Origin: Dirinaria sp. TL-2023a
Taxonomy: Eukaryota
DNA length: 38,437 bases
Direction: 5' to 3'
NCBI GenBank assembly: GCA_051941275.1
Contig: JAVEBF010000055.1
Coordinates: 1-38,437, forward strand
Made by a program: the position numbers and the translations under genes. This document shows positions 10,698 to 22,509 of the stretch, one piece after another. The stretch's first letter is position 1; each line of letters begins with the position of its first letter. Under the pieces are notes generated by a model that ran no database searches, was not told the DNA's origin, and worked only from the letters and a program-made list of their open reading frames with translations.

Positions 10698-12528
10698 TCA
10701 TAGCACTGCAAAAGGCTCGCATGGCAACAGGACCTTCTGAAGCCTCCCATCGCTGTCGACCAGCAATCGGTATTCCGATTCGATTTCTACATCTCGTTTT
10801 AGCATGGGGGTAAGCAGATCCAGAATTCGTCCGATCTTAGTCTGAATCCCTTCAAGCTTGTTGCGCAGTTCATCTTCATCTTCCACTTTGAGCCAGCAGG
10901 AGATTAGTCCTCTCAGTATCTCTCCTCTATGATACGTCATCCGAGGCCATTCGGTTTTGATGATCGCTTCGAGAACTTGGAGCGCTGCCATTAATAATGG
11001 TGGATACGCTGTTGCAAATGGATGGCTTAAAATGTCTGAAAGCAGCGGTAGCAAGTGCTGATTCGACATTAGCAATCACTTTCGGAGGTCTCTATAGTCA
11101 TGAGCTACCTTGAGATGCTTGCAAGACTCGATCCCCATCTCCTTTGTCAACTCGTTCATCTGCTGCAACAATAGTTCTGCAATCTTTACATTCTCCCCCG
11201 CAATGGTGAATCCTTTCATGATACCGTATCGGAAGAGATGGTCGAGTGCCTTCTGTCTTGGCGCCAGATCCTTGACATCTTTATATCTTACCCGGATCAA
11301 AGCAAACAAAGCTGGATACACTGCGTCCAGTAATTGTAAGGATTCTTCCTCCGGCGTCAATGTGGGTAAGTAGAGCAAAACCGGCATGAGCGTGCTATCA
11401 AAGACTTCACCCAGACCTGTACGTTCTAGCATGCCGCTTGGTACCGAGTGTAGAAAGAGTATCATAGATGAGCAGCCTCGGACTTTGTTCACTGTCGAGC
11501 TATCATCGAGGAGGGCCAAAAGCGGGGGAATGATAAGCGGCCAGTTGCCCTCTACCGACGAATTCTGAAGCCAACATCAGCGCGAAAGTGGAGGACAATG
11601 GCTAGGGCGATATCGTACATCCAATTGATCCAAAATCCATTCAAACACAGTTACGATGTAGACATTTTGATACTTCCACGGCTTCAGCGCTATGTCATCG
11701 ATGCTGTGTACTACAGGGACAGGAAGCGGGGAGATGGCTTTTCGGCCAGCTTCAGTTACATTTGGATTTTTAGATTTTGCGAAGAGCGGCTTCACTTTCT
11801 CACGCAGGAGATGGGCAAGGAGGTTCTCGAGATCTTGCTTTTCATACTGCAAAAGCAGAATGGATCGTTCCAGCAAGTTTTCAGCTTGGTTCTTCAATGC
11901 CTCTGTTGTCCACGAGTCGCGTGATTGAGTAAAAGATGCCAAGGCTTGAAAGAACTCCACTGCCGAGTAGTCATCTCGTAGTGGTGCTGTATCTAGTAAA
12001 TTGGAGAGCGACTGAAGGCAGACTCCGTAGAACGCGCGGAATTTTTCGCAATTATAATTTCTTGAACTCGAGTCAGTCCCTAGTCAGCACATCAGCAAGA
12101 CTCGTTTGATCAATCAATTGGTAGTAGCCGACCTGCAGAGAATGGTGATTTTTCAGCAAACGCGGCTCCTGGAAGACACGAGCGGCTTATCTGATCGCGG
12201 ATTCGGAAGATCTCTCCTTCGGTGAGGATGTTTTGGATCTGACCCATATCACGGAGGTAGACCTCCAGAGCGAGGATGTCTTCATGAAGCTATTCTCATT
12301 CAACATCCTCAATACCACCAGCAGACTTACTACATAATCTTTCCAACTTACCACGGAACGATGTTGGTTTTCCGTATGCCATGGAGCGTCAGCCAAGAGG
12401 GAAAGGACTTCTGCCTTGCTTGGCGGTTTTATGTCGAGGTCATGAGGGAGGCAGATTGGCAGATTAGGGCTATGAATAGCTCTCGCACTATGATCACGTG
12501 CAGTTTTCCTGAGTACATCTAGATCCAT
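10698..12528 (-). CDS. TTI2: TEL2-interacting protein 2 (TTT co-chaperone subunit); 5 exons: 12528-12331, 12289-12133, 12079-11619, 11564-11109, 11057-10698
   Basis: Tti2-like motifs KPWKY, WPLIIPPLLALLDD..KVRGC, LLYLPTLTPEEESLQLL and WPRMTYHRGEILRGL..CW. Introns are GT-AG and restore the frame; the first intron is the least certain. Confidence 0.75.
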
Positions 12529-13543
12529 TGAGTGTAGTATGGCTACGGGTTGCAAAGTCCCAGATTCTCATATATGCTGCTACCTTGCAACAATGATCCC
12601 GGGTGTCTGAACAACGCTGAGTAGGAAAATCATGATTGGTTGGGTTCCAGGGTTGTCATACTTTGGATGCCCGTTTTCGGTGATCTAGCTCTTGCATCAA
12701 TAATGTTGAGCTATTAGGAATCTTTCTTCTACGTTGTTTAGTCTTAATGTCGAGGGAAATCACAGTAACTTGGATACGGAGTAAGAAAATATAACTACAC
12801 AAGTAAGGTAAGGTAAATGCAATATCGGCCCTGAATCAGCCCTAATATGGGACCTCCTTAACGTTTATTAAAAACCGCCGTCTGCAAGGCCACTAGTCTC
12901 GGGGGCATAGGCACTGAGGTGATCATACAGAGAATAGTTTTTCGGTCTTATGATTCCGAAAATTCTTGTTTCTTACTAAAAGTGGTGTTCAGCTCTCATA
13001 CACTTCGAGATGAGGTCAATGTGGTTTCTCGTGAGTAAGCACTGACTTCTCTGCAGTATTTAACAAGTGTAGTATAGCTGTGCTTGAGTGTGTGCTTGAC
13101 GAGCAGTTCTCGATGGGTCTGCACTTCAAGCTCGGCAAAGTCCTTTTCTCTTATTACTAGTCTATCCACGCCTAGAATGCTCGTTTTCGCCGGAATATCA
13201 TAGCATGGAGACGCATCTCCTACCCACTCGTCAAAGAATTACTTAGCTCTTTGATGGTCCCGCCTGGAAACTTTGGAGACGCTCGAGCTAGTCCTAATAC
13301 TAGTTGTGTGAATTTCATAGTTGCCACATATGAAAAGATGGCGGAAGGTACAATGTTTGTCAGTCTTACTGGCAACCGGCACTTTTTTAAGCTGGGAATC
13401 GTAATACCTGTTGAAATCCGTGGTCCATTTCCACTCATCCCTTATAACAACCATAGCGGTGGCGACTTGCGGACCGTTTTGCATCAGCCAATGTAAAAGA
13501 GAAAAGGTGCGTGAGACGTTTATGGGTGAGCCCCCTTGCTGAT

Positions 13544-15434
13544 TCAACCAAGCCCAAATTCCTCTTTTCGGCGTCGTACGTGCTCAATCGCCCCTTTCGG
13601 GTCAGATTCGTCCGGCTTACCGAGTTGCCATTCGACAATCGTCTCCATAGCAGGCTTCATCCAAGGGCCCGGCTCTTCACCCAAAGCTTTGCAAAGTTCG
13701 TGGCCATTTACTAGAGGCTTCAGAGAATAAACTTCCAGTAACGAGTGGGACTCTAGAGCCAACAGCCAAGCCCTATACCCGTCTGCAATTGTAGGTTGCT
13801 CTTTGGAAATGTAAGTGAAGGCACATTTAGCACGCAGCATTTCGACTTACCCGTACCCTCGCTCTCGGATATCTGAACTAGCATGGCGTACAAAACACAA
13901 GACCGCCAGTAAGAGCCCCAGCGACGGATCGCTTTGCCATGGATTTGACGATCGACCAAGTTAAACTCTTTTTGCGCTCCAGTGGTCCGTGACTCTGCGT
14001 CTGGGGCCCCCAACCTTCGCATTTCTATAATTTCTTGCAAATATTGGACGGCATCTTCAACCATGCCCAAAACATTATTCTCAACCTTGATACCTTCTCT
14101 AGCAGAAAAGCCTGCCAGGCTTCGTGGCTTCTTGTTGGAACGCTTTTCTGACGATGGCATTGGGCTTCTGGCCCAAGGTACAAATGCGCACAGAAGCCAT
14201 GCACGGTAGAGATCCTCAGAGCCCCGTAATAGGATCCTTCTAAGACTTTCGAGATTCATTTCGGGATCTTTGCTCAGGGTTTGGCTTTGGGTTTGGCTCT
14301 GGACGAGAGAAAGTAGGAAATTGTATGCCCGGTGCCAATGTCTCGTATCGGCGATATCGGCACTTCGGGCCTCAGGATTTGTGAAGATATTATTATACAG
14401 CCCAAGCTCGTCAATGAGCCTCAAAGCCATGCAGGGGTTGACGCCTAGCAATTATCCAGTAAATTGCACATTTATGAATATAAATCACACCAACCTCTCA
14501 GCATCTTCTCAATCTCCACTCCAACCCTTTCGCGACTGATCTTCAGAGTCTCTTCGGCTTTGGTTTGTGCCTTCTTGCGGTTGGTCTTCACCGCTTTTCC
14601 CACAGGACCATCATCTTTCTCGACAAGTATTCTTCGCATGAACTCAAGCTTAATCTCCGAACAGCTCATGGCTTGAAGGTCGCCTGCATCAATAATGAAT
14701 CCAAGTCGGCTGGCGAAGCGTATGTGCCTCAAAACCCGTAATGGATCGTCTTTGAACGTTTGTAATGGCGGCAAGGGCGTTTTGATTATTTTACGTTCCA
14801 TATCTTCAAGCCCCCGACCTGTGAAGTCTTCGATTTCCAACGTATGGATGTTATAGAATAGTGCATTGACGGTAGCATCTCGCCGCAGCGCGTCTTCTAG
14901 CGCTGTGCCGAACTCCAACTTGGTGGGATTGCGACTGTCTGCAACATAAGTTTCTTTACGCAGGTTAACAAGGTCTATTTGCAAGCCAAATATCTTCACA
15001 GTAGCAGTCTCAAGATGTTTGGATTTTTCGGGATTAGCCTCAATCTTCGTTAGAGCACCTACGACACTCTTTCCTCCCTTATTGAAACCTTCGTTGGCTG
15101 TTGCGCCAGGGAGTGTTACGAAGTGCTTCAACAAAAGCCCGAACTCATATCCGCTCAAGTTATCGATGGCAACATCGATATCATCGCTTGATTTTCCTAG
15201 CAATTTGTCTCGTACCCACCCGCCGGCGAAACGTAGTGTTGGTTTTGCATGATCTGGTAACGTACCGACGTGATCAGACGCGTCGACGAGAAGCTTTCGG
15301 ATTCTGGCCTCTTGCTCCGTTAGATCGGACAAGGGGAGGGTCTTCTTCATTACTGTTCGGGACTGTTGTAGAGAAGATCGCAGCACTCGAACAAAGTAGC
15401 TGGAATGCTTTTGGAGATTTGAGAAAGGAGACAT
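13544..15434 (-). CDS. CCA1: CCA tRNA nucleotidyltransferase (class II); exons 15434-14495, 14444-13851, 13800-13544
   Basis: Motifs AGGWVRDKLLG..DIDVA, DLVNLRKETY..DSRNP, EDALRRDATVNALFYN, DDPLRVLR..RFASRL and KISRERVGVE; two 50-nt GT-AG introns. Confidence 0.92.
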
Positions 15435-16051
15435 TCATTGTAGGGCTCTCTACTAAACTGCGTTACTGCATGGGATCGATTAGTGACTCAATATCTGAAG
15501 GGTGAATTGGAATCCAGAACAACTTTTCTAGTTGTCACTTCAGTCATGTGACTTCGCGCAGAAGCGAAAAAGCGCGGCAAAAGCTTAGCATTTTTAGGAG
15601 TCTTCGCTTCTTGGCACTGCTGAAAAAATCTTACTACACACATCAGCACATCAAACTTTGCGGCAATTTACACAATGTAGTTCAGCCATCTTGAAGTAAA
15701 CGTGTACATCAAGGTTCAGAATGCAAATAGAGCTCTACAGATTGAATATATTTTTGAAGTGATGGCGGTCGTTTCGATAGCCATGAAATCTGGTTGCTCT
15801 TACAAAACATCGTAATTTTAGCTAAGAAGTTGAAACAAAATACGCAGATTGTAGAGCTTCATTTACTCATGGATTCGATATACAAGGTTACCCGAAAACA
15901 TCTAAGTTGCGCTGTGTAAATTGCTGTTGAGGGTGCAAAGCTCTTCTGCAATGCCAAGAAACGACGAGACCCAAGCTGTAACAACCGAGTACGACATCCA
16001 TCTTTACTGTCCCATTTCAGCTTTCGCCACAGGCTTCATACCAAATTGGCA

Positions 16052-16980
16052 ATGGCTACAAGTCAGGCTGGCGCTCTGCATGCGCCCAATCCTACGTGTG
16101 TAATCGTGTTCTTCCTCTACTTCACTTGCTGACAATCGTACAGAGTATACGTGGGTCTCGGATACCGTTCTGGCTTACAAGGCGCAATTGCACTGATGCT
16201 GCCTTTAGGTCAAGAACCTTGAAGAAAGCATTAAGGTTGACCAGATGAAGGAAGCTCTCACAGAGATCTTCTCGGAGTATGGTAATGTCATCGACCTCGT
16301 CGCCAAGAAGAACTTAAAGGCGAAAGGCCAGGCTTTTGTCGTCTTTGATGAGACCGAGGCGGCCGAGCGAGCTATCAAAGAAGTACAGGGGTTTGAGTTA
16401 TTCGAAAAACCTATGGTCCTTGATTATGCGAAGACGAAGAGTGATGCGACAGTAGAGAGGGAGGGTAACGCCGAGGAGCTGGAATCGCACAAGCGTAGAC
16501 GGTTGGCCGAAAAAGGTCCGTATCAATTTCGCGAAGTAAAGGAAGATCCTCAACAGCTGACCTTCTTCATCCGCATTAGAACGAAAACAAGCTGCCGAAG
16601 CCGCAGAGATCCAGAAGAAGCTCAAGCGCTCCGCCGCGGCCGCACCGTCAGAGGCTGCAAGGCCTGTCAAAGCCGCTCGTGGGTCCGGCCTCAAGGCTTC
16701 AAACCCTTCAGCAGGCGCCGTGATACCGGAGGAGTACCTACCACCAAACAAGATCCTCTTCGTCCAGAACTTACCGGACAACTACGATGTCGACAGCCTC
16801 ACGTCAATATTTGGCATATTCGAGGGTTTCAGGGAGGTTCGTTTGGTGCCTGGACGGACAGGGATTGCTTTTGTTGAATACGAGGCGGAGGCTGGTGCTA
16901 TAAGTGCAAAGGAACGAACAGCTGGCATGGCACTCGGAGATGAGGGGAAGATCATGAAGGTAGTCTACCAGAGGCAATGA
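16052..16980 (+). CDS. usp102: U1 snRNP protein A (U1A/Usp102, two RRMs); exons 16052-16095, 16144-16150, 16209-16515, 16580-16980
   Basis: Spliced N-terminus ..APNPTVYVKNLEE (RNP2) and KAKGQAFVVF (RNP1). C-terminal RRM PPNKILFVQNLP..EVRLVPGRTGIAFVEY is typical of the U1A/U2B'' family; the two-RRM form matches fungal U1A. Confidence 0.88.
16179..16205 (+). promoter_or_regulatory. Putative intronic U1A-binding stem-loop overlapping the branch point of U1A intron 2
   Basis: AAGGC-GCA [ATTGCACTGA] TGC-T-GCCTT: 8-bp stem with one bulge and a 10-nt loop starting with the U1A recognition heptamer AUUGCAC. Confidence 0.6.
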
Positions 16981-17200
16981 TACCCAGTGGGCACGTGGGG
17001 CTTGGCCTACCATGACCCAATGACAATGGCCTTAGATACATCAAGAGCGAATACACGCCAAGCCATGTGTCCATTGCTCTTCAAACTCTGGAAAGCTTCT
17101 AAGCCCACTAGGTAACACGCCCACACTGCTACCACGGCCTCTGGTCTTCTGATTCTCCGGGTCGTATCAACTTCAACCGTCCCTGTTATAGGCATACGCT

Positions 17201-18429
17201 TTAGAAGATGACATCCTGATCTTCCTGCTCGCCAAGCACGTCTATTGGCCCGGAATTCTCAGTGTTCTCCTTGTCGCTACCGCGCCTAGTCTTCTTCTCC
17301 TCCGCTTCTGCGTTCTCGCTATCCCGTTGCTTGTTGTTTTTGACCTACGCAAGCGAATATTAGCAGCTTTGTGGATGCCGTCAGCTCTGCAGCTTACCTT
17401 TTTTAGGCGGTAAAATTCTTCCCTATCAAGTTCATCGAGTTCTGAGTTGATGTCTGTCGATCTTCAGTTGAGTCAAAAGGCCAACAGTAAAGGCCAACCC
17501 ACATTTGATGGTGTTCTCTGTCCGCGGTATGATAACCTAGCTCACCTTAGCAAGCTAAAAGCGAACTACATATACATGTACTTACATGCTCACTATATAA
17601 GAGAAAGTGATTGAGACCGTAAGTTCGTTAAGCACCTGGGTTCGGGGCTTACATCGCATTTACTAGAAATCGGGTTATTCGAAACCATGATAAGAAATGC
17701 CGAGCGACCAATCTTACCTCTCCGATTCACAACCTTGATCACTTCGTCGAGGATAACGAATGCGGTCTGCCATAAGATCAGAAGAGGCATCAGCGCTGTC
17801 CAGTGACTGCCCACCTGTAAACTCGCAAGCTCCACAAGAGTCTCGACAGCTCGCGAGTAAGTTTCTCGACAGCGCTGAACTTGCTGCCCGCCCTTACCCA
17901 GCCCTGTCAGACCAAAATCGTTGTTTCCCTCTGTACTATAGCTCTCGAATTGTGGTAGAAATACGCCGGAGACATTCTCCTGCTTTGTCCGAACACGAAA
18001 GCGGGCACTCTTAGCTGATTCTTGAACTTGATATCCAATGTCTCCCCCCACGGCATATGTGACTTCTGCCAGTGAAAATGCCGCGATCTGCATTACCCGG
18101 CCCATCTTCCGCTTTGCTTCATCGATGCGCCGTGTGATTTCTGCAGCAGTTCAGTACTGAAAGGAAGCGGTTCAGTGGACGTGCACTACCTCGGAATCGC
18201 CTGAGCTCGAGTATTAGTAGCCGCATAGCATAGGGATTGGATATACGCACTTAGTCAAAGCTTCGCTCTTCCTCTTGAGGAGACTGTGTCCTGTCTCTGC
18301 ACCTTTGAGCTTACCCTTCATAGCTCCTAATGACTGCCGAGTTGGGAACACGGGCTCCCTGTCCTACAAATACAAATTAAGTGACGACTCATGTTTGCAG
18401 GTCATATCACCTACGCCTGCACCGGACAT
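17201..18429 (-). CDS. VMA8: V-ATPase V1 subunit D; 10 exons: 18429-18415, 18363-18251, 18200-18190, 18140-17815, 17766-17718, 17662-17653, 17592-17586, 17536-17503, 17453-17398, 17344-17201
   Basis: Spliced product [85 protein letters not shown]..DVIF*; all nine introns are GT-AG. Confidence 0.95.
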
Positions 18430-18873
18430 CTTAGCGAAGTGATTGCTTCCACTGACTTGGCTCTATTATAGTATGATCCAAGACACTCTTTTCGCTGAAT
18501 CAAACCCTTCTCATTGCCCAGACGAGAGTGTGTGTTTTATCTTCGGATTGCGAATATTCACCCGCTTTAGACCACTTGGTTGTCCAAGCTTCTTGTCGAA
18601 GGAATGCTGGTAAAGCAAGTGGGATGCGTAGGAGCAGTAATTGGATACGTCAGCGTAACGGAAACAAGAGCTTTAGCGCTTTAGCGCCGGACGCGTTGGA
18701 TGGCTACCGTAATCACCGTCACTATTGTGCAGCTCATATCATACAAATATCTGCCTTAGTAGTACTACGTGGTCCGCGTCAAGGCCTCAGCTTTCCTTGC
18801 TTTTGGAGCTCTAATGGGCTCATACCTTGATCAGTGATTTGATGATTCCTGGGTCTCACCCTCAAGCTACACT

Positions 18874-21616
18874 ATGCCTGGTGAACTCTTGCGCCCGATA
18901 GCACCTACCAACCAGCCCGCCAAATCTAGCAATGCGAAGCCAGACGTAGACTTATATCTCATTGTGAGCTACCTTTACTCCATAATATATGTTACATCCC
19001 CTGTTGACACATGCCAGTCTTCAGACGACTTAGTCTACGAGCAAGATATCCTCCGGGATCCCACCAGCATCAAACCTTGGCTAGGCTACATCAATTACAA
19101 ACACCAACATGGCTCACTCCTGGAACAGGCTTTTGTATGTCCTCCAAAGCTTAGAACAGAGGTAAAGAAATTAACACGAGTCCAGATCATGGAACGCGCC
19201 TGCATGCATCTACCAAGGTCATACAAATTATGGAAGATGGTAACCCTAAGCTACTGGAGGTCCTTGGGATAAGACGCTGATCATCATACAGTATCTGGAT
19301 CTCCGAGTCCGACATTTGCGGAATAGAAACCCTGCGGTTCATTTAGCAGATTACGCTAAAGTCAACGCGCTGTTCGAGCGCGCACTGATCCTGCTAAACA
19401 AAATGCCAAAGATCTGGGATATGTACCTAGGATTCCTAATGCAACAACCTCTCGTCACGCATACTCGCCGAACCTTTGATCGGGCTCTCCGAGCTTTACC
19501 AATAACCCAACATAACCGCATATGGGCACTGTTCCGGCCTTTCGCTAATTCCGCTTCTGGGCAAACGGCAACGAAGATCTGGCAGCGATATATGCAGATT
19601 CATCCAGAGCATAGCGAGGATTTCATCACTCTTCTGTTGGAGCTTGGTCATTATACTGATGCTGTAAAAAGATATATGGATATACTGAACAATCCAAGAT
19701 TCCGGAGCAAGGAAGGAAAGAGCAATTTCCAACTGTGGTCCGAAATGGTAGATCTGTTGGTTGACAAAGCTAATGAGGTCGAGACGGGCGATACAGCAGG
19801 GATTGACGTGGAGATTATCATACGAAGCGGTATCGATAGATTTGCCGACCAGCGAGGCAAATTGTGGGCAGGTCTTGCAACGTACTGGATCACAAGGGGA
19901 AATTTTGAAAGAGCTCGGGATGTATTCGAAGAGGGGATTACCACCGTTATGACTGTACGGGACTTCACTTTGATCTTCGACGCCTACGTAGAGTTCGAGG
20001 AATCAATCATTGGCACCCTAATGAGTGCGGCAGCGATCCGATCCGAGAAGGGTAAACTGAACGAGGACGCTGATTTTGATCTGGATATTAGAATGATGCG
20101 TTTCGAGCAATTGATGGATCGCCGACCTTTCCTAGTGAACGATGTGCTCTTGCGACAGAATCCGAACAACGTCGTCGAATGGGAGAAGAGGGTAGCTCTT
20201 TGGGGTGACAATAAGCAAGAAGTCGTCAATACATACACTAACGCTATCGCCGCAATCCAAGCTCGAAAGGCCGTTGGCAAGTTTCACGATTTGTGGCTGA
20301 ACTATGCCAAGTTTTACGAAGAGGGAGGTGATCTACGAACTGCGCGGATCATCCTTGAGAAAGCCGTGAAAGTCCCTTTCAAGTCAGTCGCAGAACTCGC
20401 AGAGACATGGTGTGGATGGGTTGAGATGGAGCTTCGCAGTGAGAACTTCGACGGAGCCGTAGGTATCATGGCCAAAGCAACACAAGCACCAAAAAGATCC
20501 ACCGTTGACTATTTTGATGAGTCATTATCGCCGCAGCAACGTGTACACAAGAGCTGGAAACTGTGGAGCTTCTATGTCGATCTGGTCGAGAGTGTTGGTA
20601 CACTTGAAGAAACCAAGAAAGTCTATGAAAGAATTTTCGAGCTTCGAATAGCCACCCCGCAGACTGTCGTCAACTTCGCTAACCTTTTGGAAGAGAATCA
20701 GTATTTCGAAGAGTCGTTCAAAGTCTACGAACGTGGCTTGGATTTATTCAATTATCCTGTTGCTTTCGAAATATGGAATTTATACTTGGAAAAGGCGGTA
20801 GACCGCAGAATTAGCGTGGAAAGACTCCGGGATTTGTTTGAGCAAGCTGTTGAAGGGTGCCCACCCAAATTTGCGAAAGTCTTATACCTTATGTACGGAA
20901 GCCTTGAAGAAGAGCGCGGACTCGCTAGACATGCCATGCGGATCTACGAGAGAGCCACCCGAGCGGTATCCGACGAAGATCGCTTTGTGATGTTTGAATT
21001 TTACATTACGAAGTCGGCATCGAATTTTGGACTGACATCCACTCGGCCCATCTACGAGCGTGCCGTTGCTGCACTGCCTGACAAGGAAGCCAGAGACATG
21101 TGCCTCAAATTCGCGGAAATGGAAAGGCGCCTGGGTGAGATTGACCGTGCTAGAGCCATCTATGGACACGCTTCGCAATTCTGTGACCCTCGTACTACGC
21201 CTACCTTTTGGTCGAAATGGGAAAGTTTTGAAGTCCAGCACGGTAACGAAGACACGTTTAAGGAAATGCTGCGCATTAAGCGAAGTGTCCAGGCTCAGTA
21301 CAAGTATGTACTCTAATTCCTATTCGTCTTTCCCGGAATCAACTAACCCCTTCCCAGCACCGACGTGAATTTCATCGCCTCCCAAGCGCTTGCTCGAAGC
21401 CAAAAACGCCCCACGGAGGACAACGAAGAAAATGATCGGGTCGAAGATACAGAGAGCTCAGATGCAATGGCGGCTTTGGAGCGGCAGGCTCGGGCTCCGG
21501 TGGGCTTCGTTGCTGCCAGCAATGGGCCCGAAGGCGGAACCAGGCAGCCGCTAGACCAGCCTCCGGATCAACCCCCTGTAAATCCTGATGCCATTGAGGT
21601 TGATTTGGACGAGTAG
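18874..21616 (+). CDS. SYF1: Pre-mRNA splicing factor Syf1 (HAT repeats, NineTeen complex); introns 18964-19017, 19135-19185, 19240-19291, 21304-21357
   Basis: Motifs YEQDILRDP..IKPWL, LPRSYKLWKMYL, RRPFLVNDVLLRQNPNNVVEW, LGEIDRARAIYGHASQFCDPR and HGNEDTFKEMLRIKRSVQAQYNTD. Confidence 0.95.
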
Positions 21617-22509
21617 TTGAACACTGGGATTCCTTTTCCCTTGTGTTTCGAATGAAGGGTTGACAAACGTAGTCAATAAATCATTGAATCCGCGTCCGAA
21701 TCAGGATCCAAAGGCATCACTGCAAGGCCGTGCCTCACATTCAACTGGCAACTTAGACCTTCGCGGTCTGGGTACGACCATAAAATCTCAGGTTCGGGCA
21801 TTACCTAGGTTTGGAGGAGAGTCAGACTCTCGGGTCTTGATTGCTAACATGCATGGTGTTTGACAGGCTACCTGTCTACTTCTATAGAGGTAGGCTCTCT
21901 CTATCGAGATGCGTGGCCGTATCTCTCTGCCCTGATTGTACCACATATCTTTGTATATCACAGAACAAACTAAGCTAGGGTCTAGATCATTGCGCAAATC
22001 TACTTGAGGTAGTCTGGCATTGCTGTCTTGCTTGCATGAACTAAATCATCTTGTTGTACTAAGATATTCTAATCAACCTACCGAACAATAATGCCAAGTG
22101 GGCCTTCCCAATACAGAGAGCCCCTGGATCCTCAATCCCGCTATAACCCAAATAGCGCTATTATCTTCGCGCTTTGTGAGCCTTCTTGTATCACTCGATT
22201 GAGGTTGCGGATTCTTTCAAAAGTTGGACGTAGAGTCAAGTGCTCAGGGTTGAGAGGATAGTAAAATGATAATGAATTGAGAGATAGCACGAAGTTGCAC
22301 GGTGTCATAATAACAGGGCGGTGGCGGGGACCCGGGGTTTTATTCTGATGACATGCTGCACACTATAACACTAGAGAAAAGCGTTTCGAGCCTGGCCGCA
22401 GAATGCAAGAGTACTCCCAATTTGCCTACAATACAGTCGTCCGACTTGATAAAAGCATGCTCGATGCGGGAAATGCTAGATCTACTATACATTAATATAG
22501 GCTCAACGT

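Noticed and set aside
13220..13547. Overlapping short ORFs downstream of CCA1
   Set aside because: No motif or splice support; likely UTR or intergenic sequence.
16981..17200. Vertebrate-type PIE element in the U1A 3' UTR
   Set aside because: Only a single mismatched ATTGCTC (~17073) and no paired internal-loop structure.
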